Origin: Bacteroidales bacterium
Lineage (GTDB): Bacteria > Bacteroidota > Bacteroidia > Bacteroidales > Prolixibacteraceae
DNA: 24,000 bases
NCBI GenBank assembly: GCA_047972135.1
Contig: JBKEAJ010000005.1
Span: 11,798-35,797 of the forward strand
Reading direction: 5' to 3'
The notes under the pieces are model-generated. The model was given only the letters and a program-made list of their open reading frames with translations, was not told the origin of the DNA and ran no database searches. A program made the position numbers and the translations under genes. Below, piece by piece: positions 1 through 8,583 of the stretch (position 1 is its first letter; the number at the start of each line of letters is the position of its first letter).

Positions 1-426
1 ACTATCAACGACCTTAAGAGTAAAGTTAACGAATTGGCTGCTGCTGAGCGCCCAAATCAGACTGCTGCTCCTGCCAGCTCAGGTGACTTTAGTTATGTTG
101 GAGGACTTACTGTTCCATTTGCATTGAACTCGGTTAACCCTTCTTCTGATGGTCTGTCTAACATTGTTACTCTTGCTAACTATCTTAAATCAAATAGCGG
201 TGTTAACTTGTTGATTAAAGGTCATGCTGATGCTACAGGAAGCTCTAGCTACAACCAATCTCTATCTGAAAGAAGAGCTAAGGTTGTTAAAGGTCTACTT
301 GAAGAACTTGGTGTTGCCGGAAGCAGACTTGAGACTAAAGGATATGGCGAAAGCGATTCTTTAACAAAAGGAAAAGGTGCTACTGCTAATACTATCAACA
401 GAAGAGTTGATTTTGAAGTGAAATAG
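1..426 (+). CDS. OmpA-family peptidoglycan-binding protein, C-terminal part (5' end lies outside the window)
   Basis: Frame 1 is open from base 1 (TINDLKSKVNELAAAE...), so the listed 34..426 ORF is only the in-window tail. OmpA C-terminal signature: NLLIKGHADATGSSSYNQSLSERRAKVV...NRRVDFEV. Confidence 0.85.
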   Translation, partial: TINDLKSKVNELAAAERPNQTAAPASSGDFSYVGGLTVPFALNSVNPSSDGLSNIVTLANYLKSNSGVNLLIKGHADATGSSSYNQSLSERRAKVVKGLLEELGVAGSRLETKGYGESDSLTKGKGATANTINRRVDFEVK

Positions 427-452
427 TAGTATATACTAGCATTAATTAAAAG

Positions 453-486
453 AATGACTCGTCTTTTTGGGCGAGTCATTTTTTTA
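453..486 (+). terminator. Rho-independent terminator after the OmpA-family gene
   Basis: Perfect 9-bp stem aatgactcg (453-461) / cgagtcatt (472-480), followed by a T run (481-485). Confidence 0.8.
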
Positions 487-741
487 TTCATCTATTTTCG
501 TAGTTAGTGTCTATGTACTAATTTGTATTGATGTGGTATGTAATGAGCTCTTAAAATTTCAAATTTAAAAATTAATGTATTATCTTCGTTTCGTTGATGT
601 ACACTTATTCAGGTAGATTTCAGAGTAATAATATGAAACTTCCATGCAGTAGGCTTTAAGCTATATGCAATAAGCCTAACTACACACAGGCGGATGATTG
701 TAACTAGCAAAAGCATAAAGCTTATAGCTAAATATAAACAC

Positions 742-1500
742 ATGAAAATAAAATATGCCGTCCGTAGTGATATCGGACAAGTCAGAGAAAATAATGAAGA
801 TAATAATATTTGCTTATCTTTTGATGCATATCCTCATATACTTTTGTTGGGTGCCATAGATGCTGTGGGAGGATATGAAGGGGGCGAGATAGCTGCCGAG
901 ATCTGTAAGCTCACAGTAGAGTCCTATTTTGAGGAACTGACAAATCTTGAAGACAAAGACATGGACTTGGAGCTTAAAAAAAGTATGTATAAGGCAAACA
1001 ATCGGATATATTCGGAGCGTAGTAATAATCCAGAATATTCTCAAATGAGCTGTGTTGCTACGGTCGTTTTGATGGATATACAAAAGGGGAGTCTTTGCTT
1101 TACTCATGTTGGTGACTCTCGTGGATACATATATAGGGACGATAAACTGGAAAAATTTACTACCGACCATTCGCTAGTTGGTTACTTGGAGGAGTCGGGT
1201 AGGATTTCAGAAGAAGATGCCATGAATCATCCGCGACGCAACGAAATATCAAAGCTGATGGGTGGAGAACTGTTAGGGTATGACAGCAAGTATATGCAGT
1301 GTGGAAGACATAGTTTTTATTCGGGCGATATAGTAGTGCTATGCAGCGATGGGCTTACTGATTTGGTAAATGCAGCTGGGATAGTTTCCATTCTGTCGGC
1401 AGATGCAACTTTAGAAGACAAGAAGGAACTGCTTATATATGCTGCCAATCATCTGGGGGGTAGGGACAATATTACCGTAGCTCTGGCAACAAGCATATAG
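742..1500 (+). CDS. PP2C-family Ser/Thr protein phosphatase (Stp/PrpC-like)
   Basis: MKIKYAVRSDIGQVRENNEDN, DAVGGYEGGEIAAE, HVGDSRGY, TTDHSLV, LCSDGLTDLV and GGRDNITVA match the PP2C metal-binding and signature blocks. The ORF track starts at 694, but the ATG at 742 gives the canonical N-terminus. Confidence 0.85.
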   Translation: MKIKYAVRSDIGQVRENNEDNNICLSFDAYPHILLLGAIDAVGGYEGGEIAAEICKLTVESYFEELTNLEDKDMDLELKKSMYKANNRIYSERSNNPEYSQMSCVATVVLMDIQKGSLCFTHVGDSRGYIYRDDKLEKFTTDHSLVGYLEESGRISEEDAMNHPRRNEISKLMGGELLGYDSKYMQCGRHSFYSGDIVVLCSDGLTDLVNAAGIVSILSADATLEDKKELLIYAANHLGGRDNITVALATSI

Positions 1501-1530
1501 CCTAATGCGTATAGCGTTAAAATCCAAAAT

Positions 1531-4191
1531 ATGAAAGGAATAATTACATTTTTACTATTAAGCATAAGTTTTGGCATGTATGTCCAAACGGATTGCTACG
1601 ATGATGCTACAAAGTTTGCTGAGAAATATTACAATAAAGGCATGATAGCAGAAGCGAAAGCATATATTGAAGATAACGAAAAACCGTGTGCAGGAGAGCC
1701 TTCCGAGGTCTTTAAGTGCATAAAAGAAAAGGTCTATTCCTACAAAGAAGGAAGTCTTATAGATAGGGTTGACCGTATGCAAGAAATTGCCGACCCCGTA
1801 CCAAAAAACAATTTTAAGACTTACACTGAGACCGTAAACGGTGTAAGTTTTAAGATGGTAGCTGTAGATGGCGGCAGCTTTTATATGGGCAGCAATGATG
1901 GAGATGATGATGAAAAGCCCGTTCACCGTGTAAGTCTTAGCGATTATTATATTGGCGAGACAGAGGTAACGCAAGCCTTGTGGGAGACAGTAATGGGCGA
2001 CAATCCGAGCGGTATTAAAGGCAGTAATAATCCAGTAGAGTGGGTGAGTTGGAATGAATGCCGGGAGTTTGTAGATAGGTTGAACAGACTTACGGGTAAA
2101 AGTTATCGATTGCCCACCGAGGCAGAGTGGGAGTTTGCGGCGCGAGGCGGTACCAGTAGTTCTGGCTATAAGTATTCCGGCAGTGATAAAGTTAGTGGCG
2201 TAGCTTGGTACAGAGACAACGGTGGAAATAAGACTCACCCTGTAAAGGGCAAGCAGAGTAATGAATTAGGTTTGTACGACATGAGTGGTAATGTATCTGA
2301 GTGGTGTAGTGATTGGTACGCTTCTGATTACTATAGCAGCAGTTCTAGCAGCAATCCTAGGGGACCTAGTAGCGGTCCTAGCCGTGTGGTACGTGGCGGT
2401 GGCTGGAGCAACTACGCATGGTACTGTCAGGTGGCTGAGCGCGACAGCCTCAATCCGAGCTTTAGCAACTACCGACTTGGCTTGCGCCTCGCCTCCAGTT
2501 CAAATTATGAGGCATCTGTTCCTGCCAATAGTTCTACTGCTCAAAAAGAGGCAGAACGCAAGGTCGCTGCCGAGCGTGCCCAGCAAGCGGAAGCGAATCA
2601 TTTTAAAACCTACACGGAAACTGTAAACGGTGTAAGCTTTAAGATGATAGCTGTAGATAGTGGCAGCTTTAATATGGGAGACAATGAGTGGGGTTGGTCA
2701 AAGCCCATTCACCGTGTTAGCTTGAGCGATTATTATATATGCGAGACAGAGGTAACGCAAGCCTTGTGGGAGGCAGTAATGGGCGATAATCCTAGTTGTT
2801 TTAAAGGCAGCACTAATCCAGTAGAGCGGGTGAATTGGAACGACTGCCAAGAGTTTGTTATCAGGTTGAGTAATTTAACTGGCAGGAGCTACCGTTTGCC
2901 TACAGAGGCAGAGTGGGAGTTTGCGGCGCGAGGTGGCAACAGTAGTTATGGCTATAAGTTCTCGGGTAGCGATAGAGCTAGTGGCGTAGCTTGGTATGAA
3001 GACAACAGTGGAAGTAAGACCCACCCTGTAAAGGGCAAGCGGAGTAATGAATTAGGTTTGTACGACATGAGTGGTAATGTCTGGGAGTGGTGCAGCGACT
3101 GGTACGCTTTTGATTACTATAGCAACAGTTCTAGCAGCAACCCTAGGGGACCTAGTAGCCGCCCTACCCGTGTGGTACGTGGCGGTTGCTGGGGCGACTA
3201 CGCGTCGTACGGCCAGGTGGCTAATCGCTACGGCAGCAGTCAGAGCGACAGCATCAACAATGTAGGCTTTCGCCTTGCCTCCAGTTCAGCGATAAAAGGC
3301 TTTTTGGACAATGAAAAAGAACAGGAGAAAGATGCCACTGCATGGCAACAGGCAAAAGATGTAAACATCATAGCAGGCTACGAAAACTACCTAGGCAGCT
3401 ACCCTTCGGGCAAGCATAAAGCGGAAGCCGAAAGAGCATTGGCAAGTCTAAAGCAAGAGGCAGAAAAGATGATAGCCGCCCAAGCGGAAACGAACCGCTT
3501 TAAAACTTTTACAGAAACCGTAAACGGTGTTAGCTTTAAGATGGTAGCAGTGAAAGGAGGTAGTTTTGATATGGGCAGCAATGATGGATATGCTGAAAAT
3601 CCCGTACACCGAGTAAGTCTTAGCGATTATTACATTGGCGAGACCGAGGTAACACAAGAGTTGTGGGAGGCAGTAATGGGAGATAACCCTAGTAATCTTA
3701 GCGGTAGTAATAATCCTGTGGAACAGGTAAGTTGGGATGAATGCCAAGAGTTTGTACGGCAGTTGAGTAGCCAGACAGGTCGGACTTACCGCATGCCCAC
3801 CGAAGCAGAGTGGGAGTTTGCGGCACGTGGCGGTAATAATAGTTATGGCTATAAGTATTCGGGGAGTGATAATATAGGCGATGTTGCTTGGTATGGTAGC
3901 AACTGCGGAGGTAAAACTCACCCTGTAAAGGGCAAGCAGAGTAATGAATTAGGTTTGTACGACATGAGTGGCAATGTATCGGAATGGTGTAGTGATTGGT
4001 ATGATAGCGACTATTACAACAGTAGCCCTAGTAGTAATCCTAAGGGACCTAGCATTGGCTCTAGCCGTGTGGTACGTGGCGGTAGCAAGAGCGGCTCCGC
4101 AGCGTACTGTCAGGTGGCTGAGCGCCACTACTTCTTTCTGAGCCATGGCGACTACGACCTTGGCTTGCGCCTCGCTTCCGGTTCAAAGTAG
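1531..4191 (+). CDS. Secreted protein with three tandem FGE-sulfatase (SUMF1/DUF323, C-type-lectin-fold) domains
   Basis: N-terminal signal-like segment MKGIITFLLLSISFGMYV. Three copies of ...FKMVAVxGGSFxMGS...HRVSLSDYYIGETEVTQALWE...RLPTEAEWEFAARGG...THPVKGKQSNELGLYDMSGNVSEWCSDWY...RVVRGG...LGLRLA. Starts 30 nt after the PP2C stop. Confidence 0.9.
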   Translation: MKGIITFLLLSISFGMYVQTDCYDDATKFAEKYYNKGMIAEAKAYIEDNEKPCAGEPSEVFKCIKEKVYSYKEGSLIDRVDRMQEIADPVPKNNFKTYTETVNGVSFKMVAVDGGSFYMGSNDGDDDEKPVHRVSLSDYYIGETEVTQALWETVMGDNPSGIKGSNNPVEWVSWNECREFVDRLNRLTGKSYRLPTEAEWEFAARGGTSSSGYKYSGSDKVSGVAWYRDNGGNKTHPVKGKQSNELGLYDMSGNVSEWCSDWYASDYYSSSSSSNPRGPSSGPSRVVRGGGWSNYAWYCQVAERDSLNPSFSNYRLGLRLASSSNYEASVPANSSTAQKEAERKVAAERAQQAEANHFKTYTETVNGVSFKMIAVDSGSFNMGDNEWGWSKPIHRVSLSDYYICETEVTQALWEAVMGDNPSCFKGSTNPVERVNWNDCQEFVIRLSNLTGRSYRLPTEAEWEFAARGGNSSYGYKFSGSDRASGVAWYEDNSGSKTHPVKGKRSNELGLYDMSGNVWEWCSDWYAFDYYSNSSSSNPRGPSSRPTRVVRGGCWGDYASYGQVANRYGSSQSDSINNVGFRLASSSAIKGFLDNEKEQEKDATAWQQAKDVNIIAGYENYLGSYPSGKHKAEAERALASLKQEAEKMIAAQAETNRFKTFTETVNGVSFKMVAVKGGSFDMGSNDGYAENPVHRVSLSDYYIGETEVTQELWEAVMGDNPSNLSGSNNPVEQVSWDECQEFVRQLSSQTGRTYRMPTEAEWEFAARGGNNSYGYKYSGSDNIGDVAWYGSNCGGKTHPVKGKQSNELGLYDMSGNVSEWCSDWYDSDYYNSSPSSNPKGPSIGSSRVVRGGSKSGSAAYCQVAERHYFFLSHGDYDLGLRLASGSK
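1810..2503 (+). repeat. Intragenic repeat unit 1 (FGE-sulfatase domain 1)
   Basis: Starts aattttaagacttacactgagaccgtaaacggtgtaag and ends cgcctcgcctccagttca. Aligns along its length with units 2 and 3. Confidence 0.9.
2599..3288 (+). repeat. Intragenic repeat unit 2 (FGE-sulfatase domain 2)
   Basis: Starts cattttaaaacctacacggaaactgtaaacggtgtaag and ends cgccttgcctccagttca. Offset from unit 1 is 789 nt. Confidence 0.9.
3496..4186 (+). repeat. Intragenic repeat unit 3 (FGE-sulfatase domain 3)
   Basis: Starts cgctttaaaacttttacagaaaccgtaaacggtgttag and ends cgcctcgcttccggttca. Offset from unit 2 is 897 nt because of a longer linker. A 56-nt block (3916-3971) is identical to 2233-2288. Confidence 0.9.
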
Positions 4192-4240
4192 TACTTTTAA
4201 ATGGTGAATTGTTAATGGTAAATTATAAATGAAAATATAA

Positions 4241-4378
4241 TGTAGGGGCGTCCCTTGTGGACGCCCAATGCCACGGTGCAATATTTGCATCCCAAACAGC
4301 CGGGCAGGCACAAGGCACTGTCCCTACAAATTCTAGCAACAAAGAACAGATTGCCATGCTAGCGCTCGCAATGACGAC
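4241..4378. repeat. Cluster of GC-rich palindromic/interspersed repeat modules between the convergent FGE-domain gene and ahcY
   Basis: Hairpin gggcgtcc-cttgt-ggacgccc (4246-4266). tgtaggg (4241-4247) is inverted at ccctaca (4322-4328). 4336-4375 matches 14910-14949 at 36/40 positions, including a 20-nt exact run gcaacaaagaacagattgcc. Confidence 0.7.
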
Positions 4379-4440
4379 TGTTAAAACTGGCTGTCTTATC
4401 GCCGCATTATCACATCAGCAAATAATCACATCGGCATTAC

Positions 4441-5844
4441 CTAATATCTGTAATGCTCCGGTTTATACGGACCTTCAGGCTTTACTCCTATATAATCCGC
4501 CTGCTCTTGCGACAATCTTGTTAGTTTAACGCCAATTTGTTCTAAATGCAAACGGGCAACCTCTTCATCAAGATGTTTTGGAAGCATATAAACACCTGTT
4601 TCATAGTTGTTTCTCCAAAGCTCTATCTGTGCTAATGTCTGATTTGAAAATGAATTGCTCATCACAAACGACGGATGACCTGTTGCGCATCCTAAGTTTA
4701 CAAGACGCCCTTCGGCAAGCAAGAATATAGAATGTCCGTCGGCAAAAGTAAACTTGTCAACTTGCGGCTTTATATTTGTCCTTGTAACCGTTCTGTCGCT
4801 CATTAGGTCATAAACCTGTATTTCGTTGTCGAAATGACCAATATTACAAACAATAGCTTGGTCTTTCATCTGCTTCATGTGTTCGAGTGTGATTATATCT
4901 TTATTACCGGTTGTGGTAACATAAATATTTCCTTCTGAAAGACTATCTTCTACGGTTTTAACCTCGAAGCCTTCCATGGCTGCTTGCAATGCACATATCG
5001 GGTCTATTTCTGTTACAATTACCCTCGCTCCATAAGTACGTAGTGAATGGGCGCAACCCTTGCCAACGTCGCCATAGCCACAAACAATTGCAACTTTTCC
5101 TGCAATCATAACATCGGTGGCTCTTTTTATTCCGTCTGCCAACGACTCGCGGCAGCCGTAGAGATTGTCGAATTTAGACTTTGTTACAGAGTCGTTTACG
5201 TTGATGGCAGGGAAGAGTAGCTGACCATTATCAAGCATCTGGTAAAGTCGGTGTACTCCTGTTGTTGTCTCTTCCGACACTCCTTTTATTTCTTTTGCTA
5301 CCTTGTGCCAACGTGTACTGTCTTTTTCAAGACATCTTTTTAGAGCCTTATTTAGTTCTATCTCGTCTTCTGCCGTTGTAGGCTCATCAAGGATAGAGGG
5401 ATTGTCTTCTGCCTGATAGCCTTTCAATATCATTATTGTAGCATCTCCTCCGTCGTCAACAATAAGGTTTGGACCTTTGCCACCTCCGAAGTCTAAGGCT
5501 CTTTCTGTACACCACCAATATTCTTCTAAGGTTTCACCTTTCCATGCAAAGACTGGAACGCCCGAAGCTGCTATTGCTGCCGCTGCATGGTCTTGGGTGG
5601 AGAAGATATTACAGCTTACCCATCTTACTTCTGCGCCGAGTTCTACAAGGGTTTCTATCAACACTGCCGTTTGAACGGTCATGTGTAGAGAACCCATTAC
5701 TCTTGCCCCCTTTAAAGGCTTTTCTCCGCTGTACTTATTTCTGATTGCCATTAAGCCGGGCATCTCTCTTTCGGCTATCTCTATTTCCTTTCTTCCAAAG
5801 TCGGCTAAGGAAATATCAGCCACTTTGTAATTATTGTTGCTCAT
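4441..5844 (-). CDS. ahcY: Adenosylhomocysteinase (S-adenosyl-L-homocysteine hydrolase)
   Basis: 467 aa. Full-length match to the AhcY family pattern: [29 protein letters not shown]-binding [19 protein letters not shown]-terminal KPEHYRY. Confidence 0.97.
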   Translation of the reverse strand: MSNNNYKVADISLADFGRKEIEIAEREMPGLMAIRNKYSGEKPLKGARVMGSLHMTVQTAVLIETLVELGAEVRWVSCNIFSTQDHAAAAIAASGVPVFAWKGETLEEYWWCTERALDFGGGKGPNLIVDDGGDATIMILKGYQAEDNPSILDEPTTAEDEIELNKALKRCLEKDSTRWHKVAKEIKGVSEETTTGVHRLYQMLDNGQLLFPAINVNDSVTKSKFDNLYGCRESLADGIKRATDVMIAGKVAIVCGYGDVGKGCAHSLRTYGARVIVTEIDPICALQAAMEGFEVKTVEDSLSEGNIYVTTTGNKDIITLEHMKQMKDQAIVCNIGHFDNEIQVYDLMSDRTVTRTNIKPQVDKFTFADGHSIFLLAEGRLVNLGCATGHPSFVMSNSFSNQTLAQIELWRNNYETGVYMLPKHLDEEVARLHLEQIGVKLTRLSQEQADYIGVKPEGPYKPEHYRY

Positions 5845-5874
5845 GCTATTTTATTTATATTGTATTCCAACCAT

Positions 5875-6273
5875 CTAATTATCTTCGTCTTCAAGAGATT
5901 CATCAAAAAAGAATTTCTCTATGTCTCTACGTTCTTTTTTTGTAGGTCTGCCTGTTCCTCTGTCTCTGTATATCGATACTCCTTTCTGTATATCAAGTAT
6001 TTCTAGCTCTTCCGGAGCTGTAATGTTTTCACAGAATTTGGATACTTCTTTTGCTCCCATTCTTTTGTCAGCCACATCGAGTACCTTAAAAGAGTAGGTG
6101 ATAGGAGGCTTCTTCACCTGTACTGTGTCGCCTGCATGCAGAGTGCGAGACGGCTTTATAGATGCTCCATTGAGCATAACACGTCCTTTTTTTATTTGTT
6201 CGGTGGCTAAACTCCTTGTTTTGAAGATGCGTACCGCCCACAGCCATTTGTCGACTCTGACAATATTACTCAT
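5875..6273 (-). CDS. hslR: S4-domain RNA-binding heat shock protein 15 (ribosome-associated)
   Basis: VRVDKWLWAVRIFKTRSLATEQIKKGRVMLNG is the Hsp15/S4 motif. The start overlaps the pth stop by 8 nt. Confidence 0.85.
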   Translation of the reverse strand: MSNIVRVDKWLWAVRIFKTRSLATEQIKKGRVMLNGASIKPSRTLHAGDTVQVKKPPITYSFKVLDVADKRMGAKEVSKFCENITAPEELEILDIQKGVSIYRDRGTGRPTKKERRDIEKFFFDESLEDEDN

Positions 6274-6841
6274 CTTTTTTCTTCGTATTTACTACATTCA
6301 TTGCTCTATCAACTCCTAGACTAACAAAACTGTTAATAGCAGCAGAAATATCCTTGATGATGAAGGGGAGAACTTCACTCTCTTTGTCTGTCCATTCGCC
6401 CAACACATAGTCGATTTGTCGTCCTCTTGAGAAGTTATCTCCAATACCGACTCGCAGGCGTGCAAAGTTGCTGTGTCCTAAGCATTCAATGATATTTGTG
6501 AGTCCATTGTGTCCGCCGTGTCCTCCTTTAGATTTAAGCCTAAGGCTTTCAAATGGCAGTGCAAGGTCGTCGGTTATTATCAAAAGGTGCTCAGGATTGA
6601 TTTTTTCTTCTTGCATCCAATATCTTACAGCCTTGCCGCTGAGGTTCATGTAGGTATTAGGTTTAAGCAATATGAGTTTTCGTCCTTTCATGGAGGTCTC
6701 TGCAACACTGCCGTAGCGTAAACCCTCAAAAAAGACATTGGACGCTTTTGCAAAAGCGTCCAATGCATCAAATCCAATATTGTGTCGGGTATTTTGGTAT
6801 TCACTACCAATGTTTCCCAAACCTACTATTAGAAACTTCAT
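6266..6841 (-). CDS. pth: Peptidyl-tRNA hydrolase
   Basis: MKFLIVGLGNIGSEYQNTRHNIGF..., DDLALPFESLRLKSKGGHGGHNGL, with the typical Pth catalytic His and Asp blocks. Confidence 0.95.
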   Translation of the reverse strand: MKFLIVGLGNIGSEYQNTRHNIGFDALDAFAKASNVFFEGLRYGSVAETSMKGRKLILLKPNTYMNLSGKAVRYWMQEEKINPEHLLIITDDLALPFESLRLKSKGGHGGHNGLTNIIECLGHSNFARLRVGIGDNFSRGRQIDYVLGEWTDKESEVLPFIIKDISAAINSFVSLGVDRAMNVVNTKKKDE

Positions 6842-6855
6842 ATTTTTATAACGAA

Positions 6856-7494
6856 TTATTCAGCACTTTCGCTTTCGCCTTCGCTTTTGTCTTCACCATT
6901 GCTGTTACTTCCTCCGTCTTTCTTAGCTTCGGACGCCGCGGCTTTTGCTGCACGGGTAATTGCTACGCTGACAACAGGATTTGACGCAGGGTTCAAAAAT
7001 TCAACATTGTCTACCGAGAGTTCTCCTACTTTGTAACTTTCTCCCAATTCCAAGTCGTTAATCTTAATCAAGATATTGTCAGGCAAATCTTTGGGGAGTG
7101 CTTTTACTTTAAGTTTTCTAAGCTCTACTTTCAATCTACCGCCGGCACGCATACCTTTTGCATAGCCTTCTACCTTGATGGGTATTGAAATCTTGATAGC
7201 GGTGTCATCGTAAATCTCAAGAAAATCCGCATGTAGAAGTACATCGTTTACAGGATGAAACTGTGTGTCTTGAAGTATTGACTGATGCGTCTTTCCATCG
7301 ACATTAAGATTGATGATATAAACACTGGGAGTGTAGATAACATCCTTAAAGTCTCTTTCGGATACATAAAAGTGAACAGGCTCGCTGTTTCTACCATAAA
7401 GTACACAAGGTACTTTCCCTTCAGCTCTTAGAGCTTTTGTTTCTTTTTTTCCAACAGTACTGCGTACTGTTCCGGTAATTTCAAATGTTTTCAT
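6856..7494 (-). CDS. rplY: 50S ribosomal protein L25 / general stress protein Ctc
   Basis: GKKETKALRAEGKVPCVLYG N-terminal L25 motif and the long Ctc-type C-terminal domain, followed by an acidic low-complexity tail. Confidence 0.93.
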   Translation of the reverse strand: MKTFEITGTVRSTVGKKETKALRAEGKVPCVLYGRNSEPVHFYVSERDFKDVIYTPSVYIINLNVDGKTHQSILQDTQFHPVNDVLLHADFLEIYDDTAIKISIPIKVEGYAKGMRAGGRLKVELRKLKVKALPKDLPDNILIKINDLELGESYKVGELSVDNVEFLNPASNPVVSVAITRAAKAAASEAKKDGGSNSNGEDKSEGESESAE

Positions 7495-7568
7495 TAAAAT
7501 ATCTATTAATTATGGTACTTGGCTTGTCGAACTTTTCGAGTCGCCCCATGCATAATCAAAAATGCTTG

Positions 7569-7576
7569 CAAATATA
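7569..7576 (-). promoter_or_regulatory. Candidate Bacteroidota -7 promoter box (TATATTTG) upstream of rplY
   Basis: The minus-strand sequence tatatttg fits the TAnnTTTG consensus and lies ~75 nt upstream of the rplY ATG. No clean -33 TTTG at canonical spacing. Confidence 0.35.
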
Positions 7577-7606
7577 AGATTTTAAAACCAAATTAGAAAA
7601 TGTCGC

Positions 7607-8539
7607 CTAAAAGAACATCGAGCTTATTGATTGATTATGATTTATTCGGTGTATTGTCTCTGCCAATGCCGGTGCTATTTGAAGTGATTTGACTTTGTCG
7701 GTAGTTTTGAAATTTAAGGAGTCGGTGAAGTAAACTTCCTCAAGTGCCGAGTCGTGAATGCGCTCGTAGGCAGGACCCGAAAGCAAACCATGTGCTGCAA
7801 AGGCTCTGACACTTGTAGCTCCTTTCTCTTTTAAGAGATTGGCTGCCATTGCTATTGTGCCTGCCGTGTCAATTAGGTCGTCCATTATTATCACATTCTT
7901 ATCTTTTACATCGCCGATAACGGTCATTTCACTTACAACATTTGGGCGGTCTCTTTTTTTATGACATAGCGCTAAGCCTGCATCAAGAAGACTTGCGTAG
8001 GTGTTGGCTCTCTTGCTCCCTCCAACATCGGGTGAGGCAATTACAAGATTTTCTAAGTCCATATTTTTAATAAAGGGAACAAACACACTTGATGCAAACA
8101 AATGGTCTACCGGTATGTCGAAGAAGCCTTGTATCTGATCAGCGTGTAAGTCCATTGTTACAAGCCTGTCAATACCTGCTTTCTGAAGTAAATTTGCCAT
8201 TAGCTTCGCACCTATCGATACGCGGGGCTTGTCTTTTCTGTCTTGACGCGCATAGCCAAAATAAGGCATTACTGCAATGACCTTGCTCGCCGATGCCCTG
8301 CGTGCCGCATCAATCATTAACAAGAGTTCCAAAAGATTGTCCGCAGGAGGTGGGGTAGACTGCACAATGTAAACGTGCGAGCCCCTGATTGCTTCTTCGT
8401 AGCAGGGCTCCATCTCGCCGTCGCTGAATACAGGACAGGATACTAAACCCGGCTTGACGCCCAATTCTTTACAAATTCGATGTCCCAAGTCTGCGGTCGA
8501 TTTACAACTGAAAATTTTAAAGTTTGACTTTTTGCTCAT
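7607..8539 (-). CDS. prs: Ribose-phosphate pyrophosphokinase
   Basis: 310 aa. FSDGE, YFGYARQDRK, MDLHADQIQGFF and the PRPP-binding loop IIMDDLIDTAGT. Confidence 0.96.
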   Translation of the reverse strand: MSKKSNFKIFSCKSTADLGHRICKELGVKPGLVSCPVFSDGEMEPCYEEAIRGSHVYIVQSTPPPADNLLELLLMIDAARRASASKVIAVMPYFGYARQDRKDKPRVSIGAKLMANLLQKAGIDRLVTMDLHADQIQGFFDIPVDHLFASSVFVPFIKNMDLENLVIASPDVGGSKRANTYASLLDAGLALCHKKRDRPNVVSEMTVIGDVKDKNVIIMDDLIDTAGTIAMAANLLKEKGATSVRAFAAHGLLSGPAYERIHDSALEEVYFTDSLNFKTTDKVKSLQIAPALAETIHRINHNQSISSMFF

Positions 8540-8583
8540 AACATTTAATGTTTCCCTTGCTAGGGTGTAACTTTATATATGGT

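Noticed and set aside
1558-4146. Long alternative-frame and antisense ORFs inside the triple FGE-domain gene: 1558..2238 -, 2285..2626 +, 3071..3265 +, 3399..3581 -, 3448..3921 -, 3949..4146 -.
   Set aside because: They repeat with the same periodicity as the coding repeats and have low-complexity, non-protein-like composition. The sense frame has strong family signatures. They are by-products of the G+C-rich repetitive sequence.
4246-4266. GC-rich 8-bp hairpin downstream of the last VR-like cassette. Considered as a DGR target-recognition hairpin.
   Set aside because: It lies ~55 nt past the stop codon rather than directly after the cassette. It belongs to the dispersed repeat family seen elsewhere in the window.
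4257-4529. 90-aa plus-strand ORF in the FGE-gene/ahcY intergenic region.
   Set aside because: It is built from the GC-rich interspersed repeat modules and runs into the 3' end of ahcY on the opposite strand. No coding signature.
5845-5874. Possible SAH riboswitch upstream of ahcY.
   Set aside because: Only 30 nt separate ahcY from the upstream hslR stop, which is too short for a riboswitch. ahcY is probably co-transcribed with hslR.
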